From: a virus
Taxonomy: Duplodnaviria > Caudoviricetes
Virus record (IMG/VR): IMGVR_UViG_3300044655_001017
Direction: 5' to 3' (one strand)
DNA: 64,000 nucleotides
Shown here: one piece after another, positions 37,058-45,291 of the stretch
Layout: the number at the start of each line of letters is the position of its first letter
How positions within the stretch are numbered: position 1 is the stretch's first letter
Position numbers and translations under genes: made by a program
Notes under the pieces: generated by a model
Databases searched by the model: none
Told to the model about the DNA's origin: nothing
What the model saw: only the letters and a program-made list of their open reading frames with translations

Positions 37058-38945
37058 AAACTTAACAGCAACACAACAGGATTATGCCGTGTTTTTGCCA
37101 GCAACGTCGGGTTTTTACTCGACGTTTGTTGGAAAACAACGTTACGGCAATTATGTTGAGCCGTCACGTATTCCAACATCATTTAAAGCAGGCGTAGAAG
37201 GTCTTAATTACTTAGAACCAGAAAAAGGTGAATTTTATTACAGATGGTGTTTGTATTCAGCAGGGCATGCAAACTTAGATTTAAATAAGTTTGACGAAAG
37301 TGAAGATATGTTCCGTAATAGAGATAGAAGTACTAGCTGGGTGTTAGGTGACTCCGGAGGCTTCCAAATAGGGAAAGGTGTATGGGAAGGCGAATGGAGA
37401 GATCCTAACAGTGCAATAGTACAAACAACTATGGCTGATTGCATTGCTAAAGGTATTGAAACTGTTCCTGTACTTGACTCAACAGGAAATCCAGTAGTTA
37501 ACAAAAAAGGTGTTCCTAAAACTACTAAAATTGATCACGTTAAACTATATCAAGCTCGGTTAGATGCTGCTCAAAAGAAAAGAGAGCAAGTATTAGCATG
37601 GATGGATACGTTAATGGATTACGGAATGGTACTTGATATTCCAGCATGGGTTGAACGAAGTCCTGCTGGTAAACTTGCAACTGGTATTACAAGTTATGAC
37701 GAAGCAGTTGATGCTACAATTTATAACAATGAATACTTTATGAAACACCGCAATGGTAACTGTAAATTCTTAAACGTATTACAAGGTGAAACCCATACAC
37801 AAGCTGACGATTGGTATAGTAAGATGAAAGACTTTTGTGATCCTGCTATATATCCAGATACACACTTTAACGGGTGGTCAATGGGTGGTCAAAATATGTG
37901 TGATGCCGAACTAGTACTTAAACGTGTAGTAACATTAAAATTTGACAACTTGTTACAAGAAGGCAAACATGATTGGATGCATTTCTTAGGAACCAGTAAA
38001 TTAGAATGGGCATGCTTTTTAACTGATGTACAACGTGCAGTGCGTAAATATGTTAATCCAAAATTTACTATTAGTTATGATTGTGCTAGTCCATTTTTAG
38101 CTACTGCTAATGGTCAGGTATATATTACTACAGAATTAGATGATAGATCTAAATGGGTGTATCGAATGGTTCCAAGCGTTGACGATAAAAAGTATGCACA
38201 AGATGCTAGACTATTTAAAGATGCAGTAATACAAGATGGTATTTTTAGTGTGTTTGATCCAAGTCCATTAATTGATCAAGTAGCAATTAAAGACGTGTGT
38301 ATATATGGTCACGGTGTTCCTAATTGGACAGAAGTCAATAACGATAATGTTGATCATGCTAACCTATTTACAGATCCAAAATATTTAAATGATCCTAAAT
38401 ACTGGATAACATTAGGCGATGCAAATAAAATTAACAAGATTGGTAAAACTAGTTGGGATAGTTTTAGCTATGCTATTTTAATGGGGCATAATGTGTGGAG
38501 TCACGTTAATGCTGTACAAAAAGCAAATGAAGCTTACGACAACGGTATAATTCCTCGAATGTTAATAGGCGAAAAAACTCAACCGTATGTTGTTAGAGAT
38601 ATTATTGACCGGATTATTGCGTGTGATGATAGAACCGTTGCTATTAAGATGATTGAAGATCTTGAAAAGATATGGATGGCTATTCCGGGCACTAGAGGTA
38701 ACACTGGCAAAAACATAGTTAACAACGAAACTACTACTACTACTAATTATGTAGCCGAATCAATTATTACAGAAAAAGTTGAAAAAATTAGAAAAGTGTT
38801 ATTAACAGATCTTACATCACAAGTTAACAACTTATTTGATTTTGATGACAATATTACAGAAGAAGTAGAATCCGATGACTATGAGTTTTCTGAAGAAGAC
38901 GAACTTACCTTATCTAACCTAGAAGATAGCATTAAACATGAATAG
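37050..38945 (+). CDS. TGT-fold guanine transglycosylase (DpdA-like)
   Basis: GDSGGFQ, VLDIP, VLQG, SMGG, HFLG, SYDCAS and GHN match the order of TGT active-site motifs; no CxCxxC zinc motif. Confidence 0.82.
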   Translation: MNRNLTATQQDYAVFLPATSGFYSTFVGKQRYGNYVEPSRIPTSFKAGVEGLNYLEPEKGEFYYRWCLYSAGHANLDLNKFDESEDMFRNRDRSTSWVLGDSGGFQIGKGVWEGEWRDPNSAIVQTTMADCIAKGIETVPVLDSTGNPVVNKKGVPKTTKIDHVKLYQARLDAAQKKREQVLAWMDTLMDYGMVLDIPAWVERSPAGKLATGITSYDEAVDATIYNNEYFMKHRNGNCKFLNVLQGETHTQADDWYSKMKDFCDPAIYPDTHFNGWSMGGQNMCDAELVLKRVVTLKFDNLLQEGKHDWMHFLGTSKLEWACFLTDVQRAVRKYVNPKFTISYDCASPFLATANGQVYITTELDDRSKWVYRMVPSVDDKKYAQDARLFKDAVIQDGIFSVFDPSPLIDQVAIKDVCIYGHGVPNWTEVNNDNVDHANLFTDPKYLNDPKYWITLGDANKINKIGKTSWDSFSYAILMGHNVWSHVNAVQKANEAYDNGIIPRMLIGEKTQPYVVRDIIDRIIACDDRTVAIKMIEDLEKIWMAIPGTRGNTGKNIVNNETTTTTNYVAESIITEKVEKIRKVLLTDLTSQVNNLFDFDDNITEEVESDDYEFSEEDELTLSNLEDSIKHE

Positions 38946-39462
38946 ACAGTATAATAACATAACTACTAACACTGCTAAATTTTTTGTTGGTAACGAGGTA
39001 GAACACACACCAGCATATGGTTTAAAAACATTGTTTGTTGTTGGTAATCAAACTATAGAAGCAGTACATTATCGGTTAGATGCTGAAGAAGATGTTACAC
39101 ACATCTTCTTTGGTGCAAACCATAGCTTTAATCCAAATACACCAGGTGCATGGATTGACTGGAATCACATAATTGAACACTTTTTAAAATTAGGCAAACA
39201 GTGTTCATTAGATATTCCATTTACAGTAGTAAACGATTTTAATAATAAAACTAACTTATGTTCATATTCAAATTTTATTCCACAAATTAGAATTCCGGTT
39301 GCAAATATTAAAGATTGGAGTTATAATACAATGATAAAATTAGATGACATAGATTTTAACGCAACTAATCCCGGGGTGTGGACACATAACTTAAAAGCAT
39401 TGCAAAATGATGATGTGTTTACTAGCTGGACTGACTATAACAACGACAATATAATTAAATGA
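38938..39462 (+). CDS. Hypothetical protein coupled to the TGT-like gene
   Basis: Overlaps both neighbours; GNEVEHTPAYG, HIFFGANHSF, TNPGVW. Confidence 0.7.
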   Translation: MNRQYNNITTNTAKFFVGNEVEHTPAYGLKTLFVVGNQTIEAVHYRLDAEEDVTHIFFGANHSFNPNTPGAWIDWNHIIEHFLKLGKQCSLDIPFTVVNDFNNKTNLCSYSNFIPQIRIPVANIKDWSYNTMIKLDDIDFNATNPGVWTHNLKALQNDDVFTSWTDYNNDNIIK

Positions 39463-39818
39463 CAGATACACAAATGATATGGGTTTCTTTTAAGAAAGAA
39501 GGAATTCACCATTACCCCGATGCATTAACTAACCCTAACTTAATAGATGTATCTTTTTTAGGACATCCACATAGACATATATTTCATTTTAAAGTATGGA
39601 TAGAAGTTACGCATTCTGACAGAGACATTGAGTTTATACAATTTAAACGATGGTTAGAATCATTGTATATTAGTTCAACATTATCATTAGATAACAAAAG
39701 TTGTGAAATGATAAGTAATGATTTATCATTAACAATTAGAAATGAATACCCTAATAGGGAAATTTGGATTGAAGTTTCTGAAGACGGCGAAAACGGATCA
39801 TTTATTAAGTATTTGTAA
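39459..39818 (+). CDS. T-fold QueD paralogue, DpdL-like (predicted CDG decarboxylase)
   Basis: FLGHPHRHIFHF (LxxxHRHxF in place of CxxxHGH), DRDIEF, SCEM, VSEDGENG. Confidence 0.7.
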   Translation: MTDTQMIWVSFKKEGIHHYPDALTNPNLIDVSFLGHPHRHIFHFKVWIEVTHSDRDIEFIQFKRWLESLYISSTLSLDNKSCEMISNDLSLTIRNEYPNREIWIEVSEDGENGSFIKYL

Positions 39819-39819
39819 T

Positions 39820-40032
39820 ATGAAACATTTTGTCTCAAAAGCTATGCTTGAACAACAGATTAATCGGTTACGCCAAGAGATATCAGACTTTGAAATCCAA
39901 CATATGAAATCAGTTAACCCTAAACTTAAAAACGTATTACACATTAAACAATTAAGAAATCAACTGTACGATTTGAAGGAACAACTGCTAATTCGTACTA
40001 ATCAAACTATATTAAAAAACGGAAGAAAATAA
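39820..40032 (+). CDS. Hypothetical coiled-coil protein
   Basis: Start MKHFVSK right after the upstream TAA. Confidence 0.55.
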   Translation: MKHFVSKAMLEQQINRLRQEISDFEIQHMKSVNPKLKNVLHIKQLRNQLYDLKEQLLIRTNQTILKNGRK

Positions 40033-40033
40033 A

Positions 40034-40288
40034 ATGGCTAAAAATTACAAAACATTCTCATACTTAGAATCACGTCCAGATGTTGTTAAAATCTTTGAAG
40101 ATTTAGAAGCATTCCATGACTTTTGCAGAATTGAGTTACGTAAATTTGATCCAGCAGATTTATATCGCAAAGATAGTAAATCGTACGGTTCGTACATAGC
40201 AAGTAAACGTCCACGTAAACCATATCAAGGTAATAAACCATGGCCAAACGGTGTTAGACCTAAAAACACATATCAAAAAAAATCTTAA
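40034..40288 (+). CDS. Hypothetical basic protein
   Basis: 84 aa, in operon. Confidence 0.7.
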   Translation: MAKNYKTFSYLESRPDVVKIFEDLEAFHDFCRIELRKFDPADLYRKDSKSYGSYIASKRPRKPYQGNKPWPNGVRPKNTYQKKS

Positions 40289-40301
40289 TCTTATTTTCAA
40301 C

Positions 40302-40323
40302 TGAAAGCCCTACGGGGCTTTCA
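40302..40323 (+). promoter_or_regulatory. Stable hairpin with UACG tetraloop (terminator or mRNA-stabilising)
   Basis: TGAAAGCCC-TACG-GGGCTTTCA just before the glycosyltransferase RBS; no U tract. Confidence 0.6.
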
Positions 40324-40337
40324 CCGCAGGACATATT

Positions 40338-41435
40338 ATGAAATTAAAACCTACTATTTGGATATTTGCTATTGAACCATTAGATACTCGGTATACTAAA
40401 CAATGGATCGAGCATATTCCATCACAACTTAAAGAACACGTTGGTGATTACAACATTGTACAAATTACTGGTGATCAACAAGACTCAGAAGTAACACCGG
40501 GTGCATTTTTAAACTTTATAGATACTAACATTTGGAAAGGATCACAGCTTGTTGGTTTTTTAAAAAACTATAAACGTACTACAACAGCTGACCATTTCTT
40601 ATTTACCGATGCATGGAATCCAGCAATTATAAACTTAAAGTACATTAAAGACTTAATGAGATTAAATTGGACATTTCACGGTTTGTGGCACGCTGGCAGT
40701 TACGACAAACACGATTTCTTAGGTTCAATTGATCACGGTTGGGTTAAACTAGCTGAAAAGAGTTATTATGCAGCATTTGATCATAATTACTTTGCAACTG
40801 AATTCCACGTGCGTATGTTTATGGAACAATTATTAAACAACGGAATGACTAGTGAAAATCCGTGGTTTGAAGAAGATTGGGATGAACGTTACGACGATGG
40901 TAAAATTGTACGCACTGGTTGGCCAATGGAATACTTAGCAGACGAACTAGCGCCGTATGCTAATAAAGAGAAACGTGATTTAATTGTATTTCCACATAGA
41001 GTTGCTAGCGAAAAACAAGTTGATATTTTTAAAGCATTAGCTCATCAATTACCACAATACGACTTTGTTGTATGTCAAGAACAAAAGCTAAGTAAAGATG
41101 AATATCACAACCTGTTAAGCGAAGCAAAGATCGTGTTTAGTGCTAACTTACAAGAAACATTAGGCATTAGTTGTTATGAAGGTGCGTTACTTGGTGCTAT
41201 TCCGATGGTTCCTGATAGATTAAGTTATAAAGAAATGTATATGTATCATTTTAAATATCCATCAGAATGGACTGCTAGTTATGCAGACTACGAATCACAC
41301 AGTTATGATTTGTGTAACAAAATTATCCATTACATAGAAAACTATAATGATATTGTACCATATGTTAAACAACAAGCCGATTACTTAGCACTGGAATTTT
41401 TTAATGCAGGAGATTTATATGACAAGTTTAAATGA
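40338..41435 (+). CDS. GT-B (GT4-like) glycosyltransferase
   Basis: PHRVASEKQ, ETLGISCYE (EX7E), GAIPMVPDRLSY. Confidence 0.8.
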   Translation: MKLKPTIWIFAIEPLDTRYTKQWIEHIPSQLKEHVGDYNIVQITGDQQDSEVTPGAFLNFIDTNIWKGSQLVGFLKNYKRTTTADHFLFTDAWNPAIINLKYIKDLMRLNWTFHGLWHAGSYDKHDFLGSIDHGWVKLAEKSYYAAFDHNYFATEFHVRMFMEQLLNNGMTSENPWFEEDWDERYDDGKIVRTGWPMEYLADELAPYANKEKRDLIVFPHRVASEKQVDIFKALAHQLPQYDFVVCQEQKLSKDEYHNLLSEAKIVFSANLQETLGISCYEGALLGAIPMVPDRLSYKEMYMYHFKYPSEWTASYADYESHSYDLCNKIIHYIENYNDIVPYVKQQADYLALEFFNAGDLYDKFK

Positions 41436-41835
41436 TACAATAACAACATCAGCTGGGTGTGATACTATTACATTTACGATGGATGGAGATCTACGTTACG
41501 GTATACCAGCTTTTGATACTATTACACTTAGTGACTATGTATCTAGTTCAACTGCTAGCGGAATATACAATGGAACAATGATGGGAACTGCTCCGTACAC
41601 AATTAGTAATTCTTCTACTATTGGAATTAATGGGGGTTCATCTTATTACACCGGCACTGGTGGTTATTGGAATCAATCATATAACGGTAAACCATTTGAA
41701 GATAACTTTCCAGAATGGAATGCATTTAGAGAGTTGTGTGATGAATATCCAGGATTAGAAAGAGCATATCAAAACTTAAAAACTTTTTATACTATGTGCC
41801 ATGCAGATAGTTTATTACCAAAGGACGATAAATGA
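41419..41835 (+). CDS. Hypothetical protein
   Basis: GGAG RBS; Thr/Ser/Gly-rich, then CDEYPGLERAYQNLKTFY. Confidence 0.65.
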   Translation: MTSLNDTITTSAGCDTITFTMDGDLRYGIPAFDTITLSDYVSSSTASGIYNGTMMGTAPYTISNSSTIGINGGSSYYTGTGGYWNQSYNGKPFEDNFPEWNAFRELCDEYPGLERAYQNLKTFYTMCHADSLLPKDDK

Positions 41836-42362
41836 AAGTAGTAAAATACAGTTGGAAACAATTAGAAGGTGCGGCATTGGAGATTGCACGTCAAATACAA
41901 AAAGATAACTGGAAACCAGATTACATTGTTGGAATTACACGCGGTGGACTTATTCCTGCAAACTTACTTAGTCAGTATCTTGGAGTTAAGATGTTAACAT
42001 TACACGTTAGTTTACGTGATCATCCGGATGATAACGAACACAATGCATGGATGGCATGTGATGCATTTGGAATTACTGATGACGAACTAGCAAGTACCGG
42101 ACAAGCTAAAAACATCTTAATTGTTGATGACATAAATGACTCAGGTGCAACCCTTGCTTGGATTAAAGAAGATTGGCAATCATTGTGTTTACCAGATAAC
42201 ATACGATGGAAAAACGATGTTTGGCATAAGAATGTTAGATTTGCTGTAGTGTTTGATAATGCTGCTAGTAATGCACATGTTGATTATTGTGCTGAAGAAT
42301 TTGATAAACGAGACGATCCAATTTGGATCGACTTTCCATGGGAAAACTACTGGAAGAAATAA
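41832..42362 (+). CDS. Type I phosphoribosyltransferase (Gpt-like purine PRTase)
   Basis: VGITRGG and LIVDDINDSGAT PRPP loop; WIDFPWE ending. Confidence 0.88.
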   Translation: MKVVKYSWKQLEGAALEIARQIQKDNWKPDYIVGITRGGLIPANLLSQYLGVKMLTLHVSLRDHPDDNEHNAWMACDAFGITDDELASTGQAKNILIVDDINDSGATLAWIKEDWQSLCLPDNIRWKNDVWHKNVRFAVVFDNAASNAHVDYCAEEFDKRDDPIWIDFPWENYWKK

Positions 42363-42694
42363 TGGAACTACACTCAATAGCTAAAAAACACGGTATACGA
42401 AGTATAGACGTTGAACAATATTATGCTACAGATGGTAATTATTCGTTAGATTGGTCAAGATCAAACCTGCCAAGCGAACGAGCAAACATTACAAGGTCGT
42501 TAACTGTTAAAATACACGAGAGAGATTTTATAACGTTAATTGACAACGCTGAAAAGTGTGAAGACTGGAATAAAAAATTTTATGAAGATATGTATGTTAG
42601 AGATTCTAATCCAACTGTTAAAGCAGCATACGAAAAATATCAAATGTTTTTAGAAATAGCAAGATCGGAGGTAAAAAATGACAGATTTAACTAA
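42362..42694 (+). CDS. Hypothetical protein
   Basis: Start MELHSIAK at the TAATG overlap. Confidence 0.65.
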   Translation: MELHSIAKKHGIRSIDVEQYYATDGNYSLDWSRSNLPSERANITRSLTVKIHERDFITLIDNAEKCEDWNKKFYEDMYVRDSNPTVKAAYEKYQMFLEIARSEVKNDRFN

Positions 42695-42839
42695 AGAAGA
42701 ATTACAAGAAAAAATTGCACAAGTAAAACGTGATATTGCTAAACATAGCGATTCAAACAATCAACGTATGCTGTTAGGTTTGTCACAATATTTAGAATAC
42801 TTAGAAGACGACTTAAAAACATTGACAAACAAGCAATAG
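42678..42839 (+). CDS. Small hypothetical protein (53 aa, below the track cut-off)
   Basis: GGAGGT RBS; MTDLTKEELQEKIAQVKRDI...KTLTNKQ then TAG. Confidence 0.7.
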   Translation: MTDLTKEELQEKIAQVKRDIAKHSDSNNQRMLLGLSQYLEYLEDDLKTLTNKQ

Positions 42840-42850
42840 TGTTGTATAAT
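42822..42850 (+). promoter_or_regulatory. sigma70-type promoter for the folE-queE operon
   Basis: TTGACA-N17-TATAAT. Confidence 0.8.
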
Positions 42851-42876
42851 ACACACTTACAAATAGGAAATTAAAT

Positions 42877-43548
42877 ATGAGCTTTAATAAAACAAAAACC
42901 GATCTAGAATTAGGTTTAGCAATACATAATCATTTAGTAAGTTTAGGTGTAGAAACTCCAGTAACTGAAAAAATCTTAACAGCATCGGAAAAGATTAATA
43001 TCATTCAGGACAAGTTTTATGATATTATGGTAACATTAGGATTAGACTTAACAGACGATAGTTTAGCAGATACACCTAAACGTGTTGCAAAGATGTTTGT
43101 CAACGAAATATTTTGGGGCCTCGATTACGACGCATTTCCAAAGTGTACTACTATTCAAAATAAGATGGGATACAATGAAATGTTAATTGAACGCAACATT
43201 AACGTACAAAGTAACTGCGAACATCACTTTGTAGTAATTGACGGGTTTGCAACAGTAGGTTACATTCCAAAAGATGTTGTACTTGGATTAAGCAAAATTA
43301 ATCGCGTAGTTGAATACTTTGCAAAACGTCCACAAGTACAAGAAAGATTAACAGAACAAGTATTCCATGCATTGGCATACATTTTAGATACTGATAATAT
43401 TGCAGTAGTTATTGATGCAAAACACTATTGTGTTGCTGCAAGAGGTGTAGAAGATACAGGTAGCACTACTATTACTAGTAAGTTAGGCGGTGCATTTAAA
43501 AACGATCCAACTACTCGTGCAGAATTTATGAGTATTGTAAACAAATAA
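42877..43548 (+). CDS. folE: GTP cyclohydrolase I
   Basis: TPKRVAK, CEHHF, GLSKINR, RPQVQERLT, HYCVAARGV. Confidence 0.95.
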   Translation: MSFNKTKTDLELGLAIHNHLVSLGVETPVTEKILTASEKINIIQDKFYDIMVTLGLDLTDDSLADTPKRVAKMFVNEIFWGLDYDAFPKCTTIQNKMGYNEMLIERNINVQSNCEHHFVVIDGFATVGYIPKDVVLGLSKINRVVEYFAKRPQVQERLTEQVFHALAYILDTDNIAVVIDAKHYCVAARGVEDTGSTTITSKLGGAFKNDPTTRAEFMSIVNK

Positions 43549-43556
43549 GGAGAGTT

Positions 43557-44000
43557 ATGAAAGACTTAAAACCACAAATTCCAGCAGTAGGCATTATGAA
43601 AACAAGTGACTGGGGTAACAGTAAAATTTATAAAATTCAATGCACATGCGGCAACGACGATGATAGTATTGAGTTTATGGTTGAGGCAGATGATCTTAAT
43701 ATGATTACTGTAACTACATTTACAACGCAAAAAACTGCGTACTGGGATAGACCATTTGATGTTTCAAACACATACAAAATTAAAAATTCGTTTTTAAGCA
43801 GTATTGCATACGAAACATTGAGCTTTCTTAACGGGTTTCAGCATCGTATTAAAATGACATGGAATTTGTGGTTTAATGGTTATCTTAAATATCAGCAATC
43901 AACTATAATGACTGAACAACAGACATTAAACTATGCAGAAACATTGAAAGCTGCTATTAAAGATTGCAAAGATTTTCGTAAACAAGATAGGAACAATTAA
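43557..44000 (+). CDS. Hypothetical protein
   Basis: AAGGAG RBS; CTCG motif. Confidence 0.7.
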   Translation: MKDLKPQIPAVGIMKTSDWGNSKIYKIQCTCGNDDDSIEFMVEADDLNMITVTTFTTQKTAYWDRPFDVSNTYKIKNSFLSSIAYETLSFLNGFQHRIKMTWNLWFNGYLKYQQSTIMTEQQTLNYAETLKAAIKDCKDFRKQDRNN

Positions 44001-44839
44001 TGTTATTAAAAGTATCGGAATTATTTTACTCATTACAAGGCGAAGGGCGATTTATGGGAGTACCGTCCATCTTCTTACGTACATACGGTTGCAACTTTAA
44101 ATGCCAAGGGTTTGGCATGCCTAAAGGTGAACATAGTGTACAAGCAGATGCTATTGCTAATAACGGTGTGCAATATCATTCGTATGATGAGTTACCGTTA
44201 GTAACTACTGGCTGTGACAGTTATGCAAGTTGGCATCCAACGTTTAAACATCTAAGTCCAACTATGTCAATAGACGAAGTTGCAGCTAAAATGATTGAGC
44301 TGTTACCTAACAATGAATGGGGTGGTGTACACTTAGTTATTACAGGTGGCGAACCATTACTACCCGGTTGGCAAAAGATATATCCAGAATTACTAAGACA
44401 CCCATTATTAGCAGACTTAAAAAACATTACATTTGAAACTAATGGTACACAAGAACTGTTACAAGATTTTGAAAACTACTTATACATGGAAAGACGGTAT
44501 CAAACTACGTTTTCAGTTAGTCCTAAGCTAAGTGTAAGTGGCGAGCCTAGAGAAAAAGCTATACGTCCTGAGATTGTAACAGAATATCAATTTTCAGGTC
44601 ATAGTTCATTCTTAAAATTTGTAGTAGCATCCGAAGACGATGTAACAGAAGCACTTGAAGTAATGCAGCTATATAAAGACAACGGATTTAGAGGTGATAT
44701 TTACTTAATGCCAGTAGGCGGTGTAACTGATGTATACAATCTTAATAATCGACGAGTAGCAGAACTTGCATTAAAGCACGGATTGAGATACAGTGATAGA
44801 CTTCACCTCCCTCTCTTCGGTAACAACTGGGGAACATAA
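44000..44839 (+). CDS. queE: 7-carboxy-7-deazaguanine synthase (radical SAM, QueE) with a split Cys motif
   Basis: ELFYSLQGEG, FLRTYGCNFKC, GCDS, ITGGEPLL, FETNG, SVSPKL, LKFVV, YLMPVGG, RLH. Confidence 0.88.
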   Translation: MLLKVSELFYSLQGEGRFMGVPSIFLRTYGCNFKCQGFGMPKGEHSVQADAIANNGVQYHSYDELPLVTTGCDSYASWHPTFKHLSPTMSIDEVAAKMIELLPNNEWGGVHLVITGGEPLLPGWQKIYPELLRHPLLADLKNITFETNGTQELLQDFENYLYMERRYQTTFSVSPKLSVSGEPREKAIRPEIVTEYQFSGHSSFLKFVVASEDDVTEALEVMQLYKDNGFRGDIYLMPVGGVTDVYNLNNRRVAELALKHGLRYSDRLHLPLFGNNWGT

Positions 44840-45291
44840 TGTTTGAAAATTTTATAAAGAAAGTGTTTGGTGGTGAAAATCCAGAACTAAAACATCAACA
44901 AGAAGTACAAGCTGCAATTAAAGCTAAACAACAAGCTAAGGTTAAACCTAAACCTAAACCTAAAGCTAAAGCTAAAGAAAAGGTAATTGAAAAATTGCCA
45001 TTAACTGATAAAGAAAAAGCCACGTTAAGAAAAGAACCATGGGTTGATGTAATTGGATTTAAAGTTAATCCAAGTAACATTAGAAACGGTTTCTTTGAAA
45101 TTGATTGGAATGATTATTGGATTGAAAAATTAAAACAAGAGGGTTACGGGTTTGATGGTGATCCTGAAGAAGAAATAGTAGGTCGTTGGTACAGAGATAT
45201 TTGTATGAACGCTGCAGCCGTCGAAGGTGTTGATATATCAGATCAAGACTTCGGTTTCCTTAACGTGCAACGAGCAACAGGTAACAAATGA
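44839..45291 (+). CDS. Hypothetical protein
   Basis: KPKPKPKAKAK linker; EPWVDV...GFFEIDWND. Confidence 0.7.
   Translation: MFENFIKKVFGGENPELKHQQEVQAAIKAKQQAKVKPKPKPKAKAKEKVIEKLPLTDKEKATLRKEPWVDVIGFKVNPSNIRNGFFEIDWNDYWIEKLKQEGYGFDGDPEEEIVGRWYRDICMNAAAVEGVDISDQDFGFLNVQRATGNK

Noticed and set aside
37050-38945. Ordinary queuine tRNA-ribosyltransferase (tgt) annotation
   Set aside because: It lacks the CxCxxC zinc site, has DIP and GGQN where bacterial TGT has DEC and GGLA, and queC/queF/queA are not in the window. tRNA activity is not excluded but is less likely.
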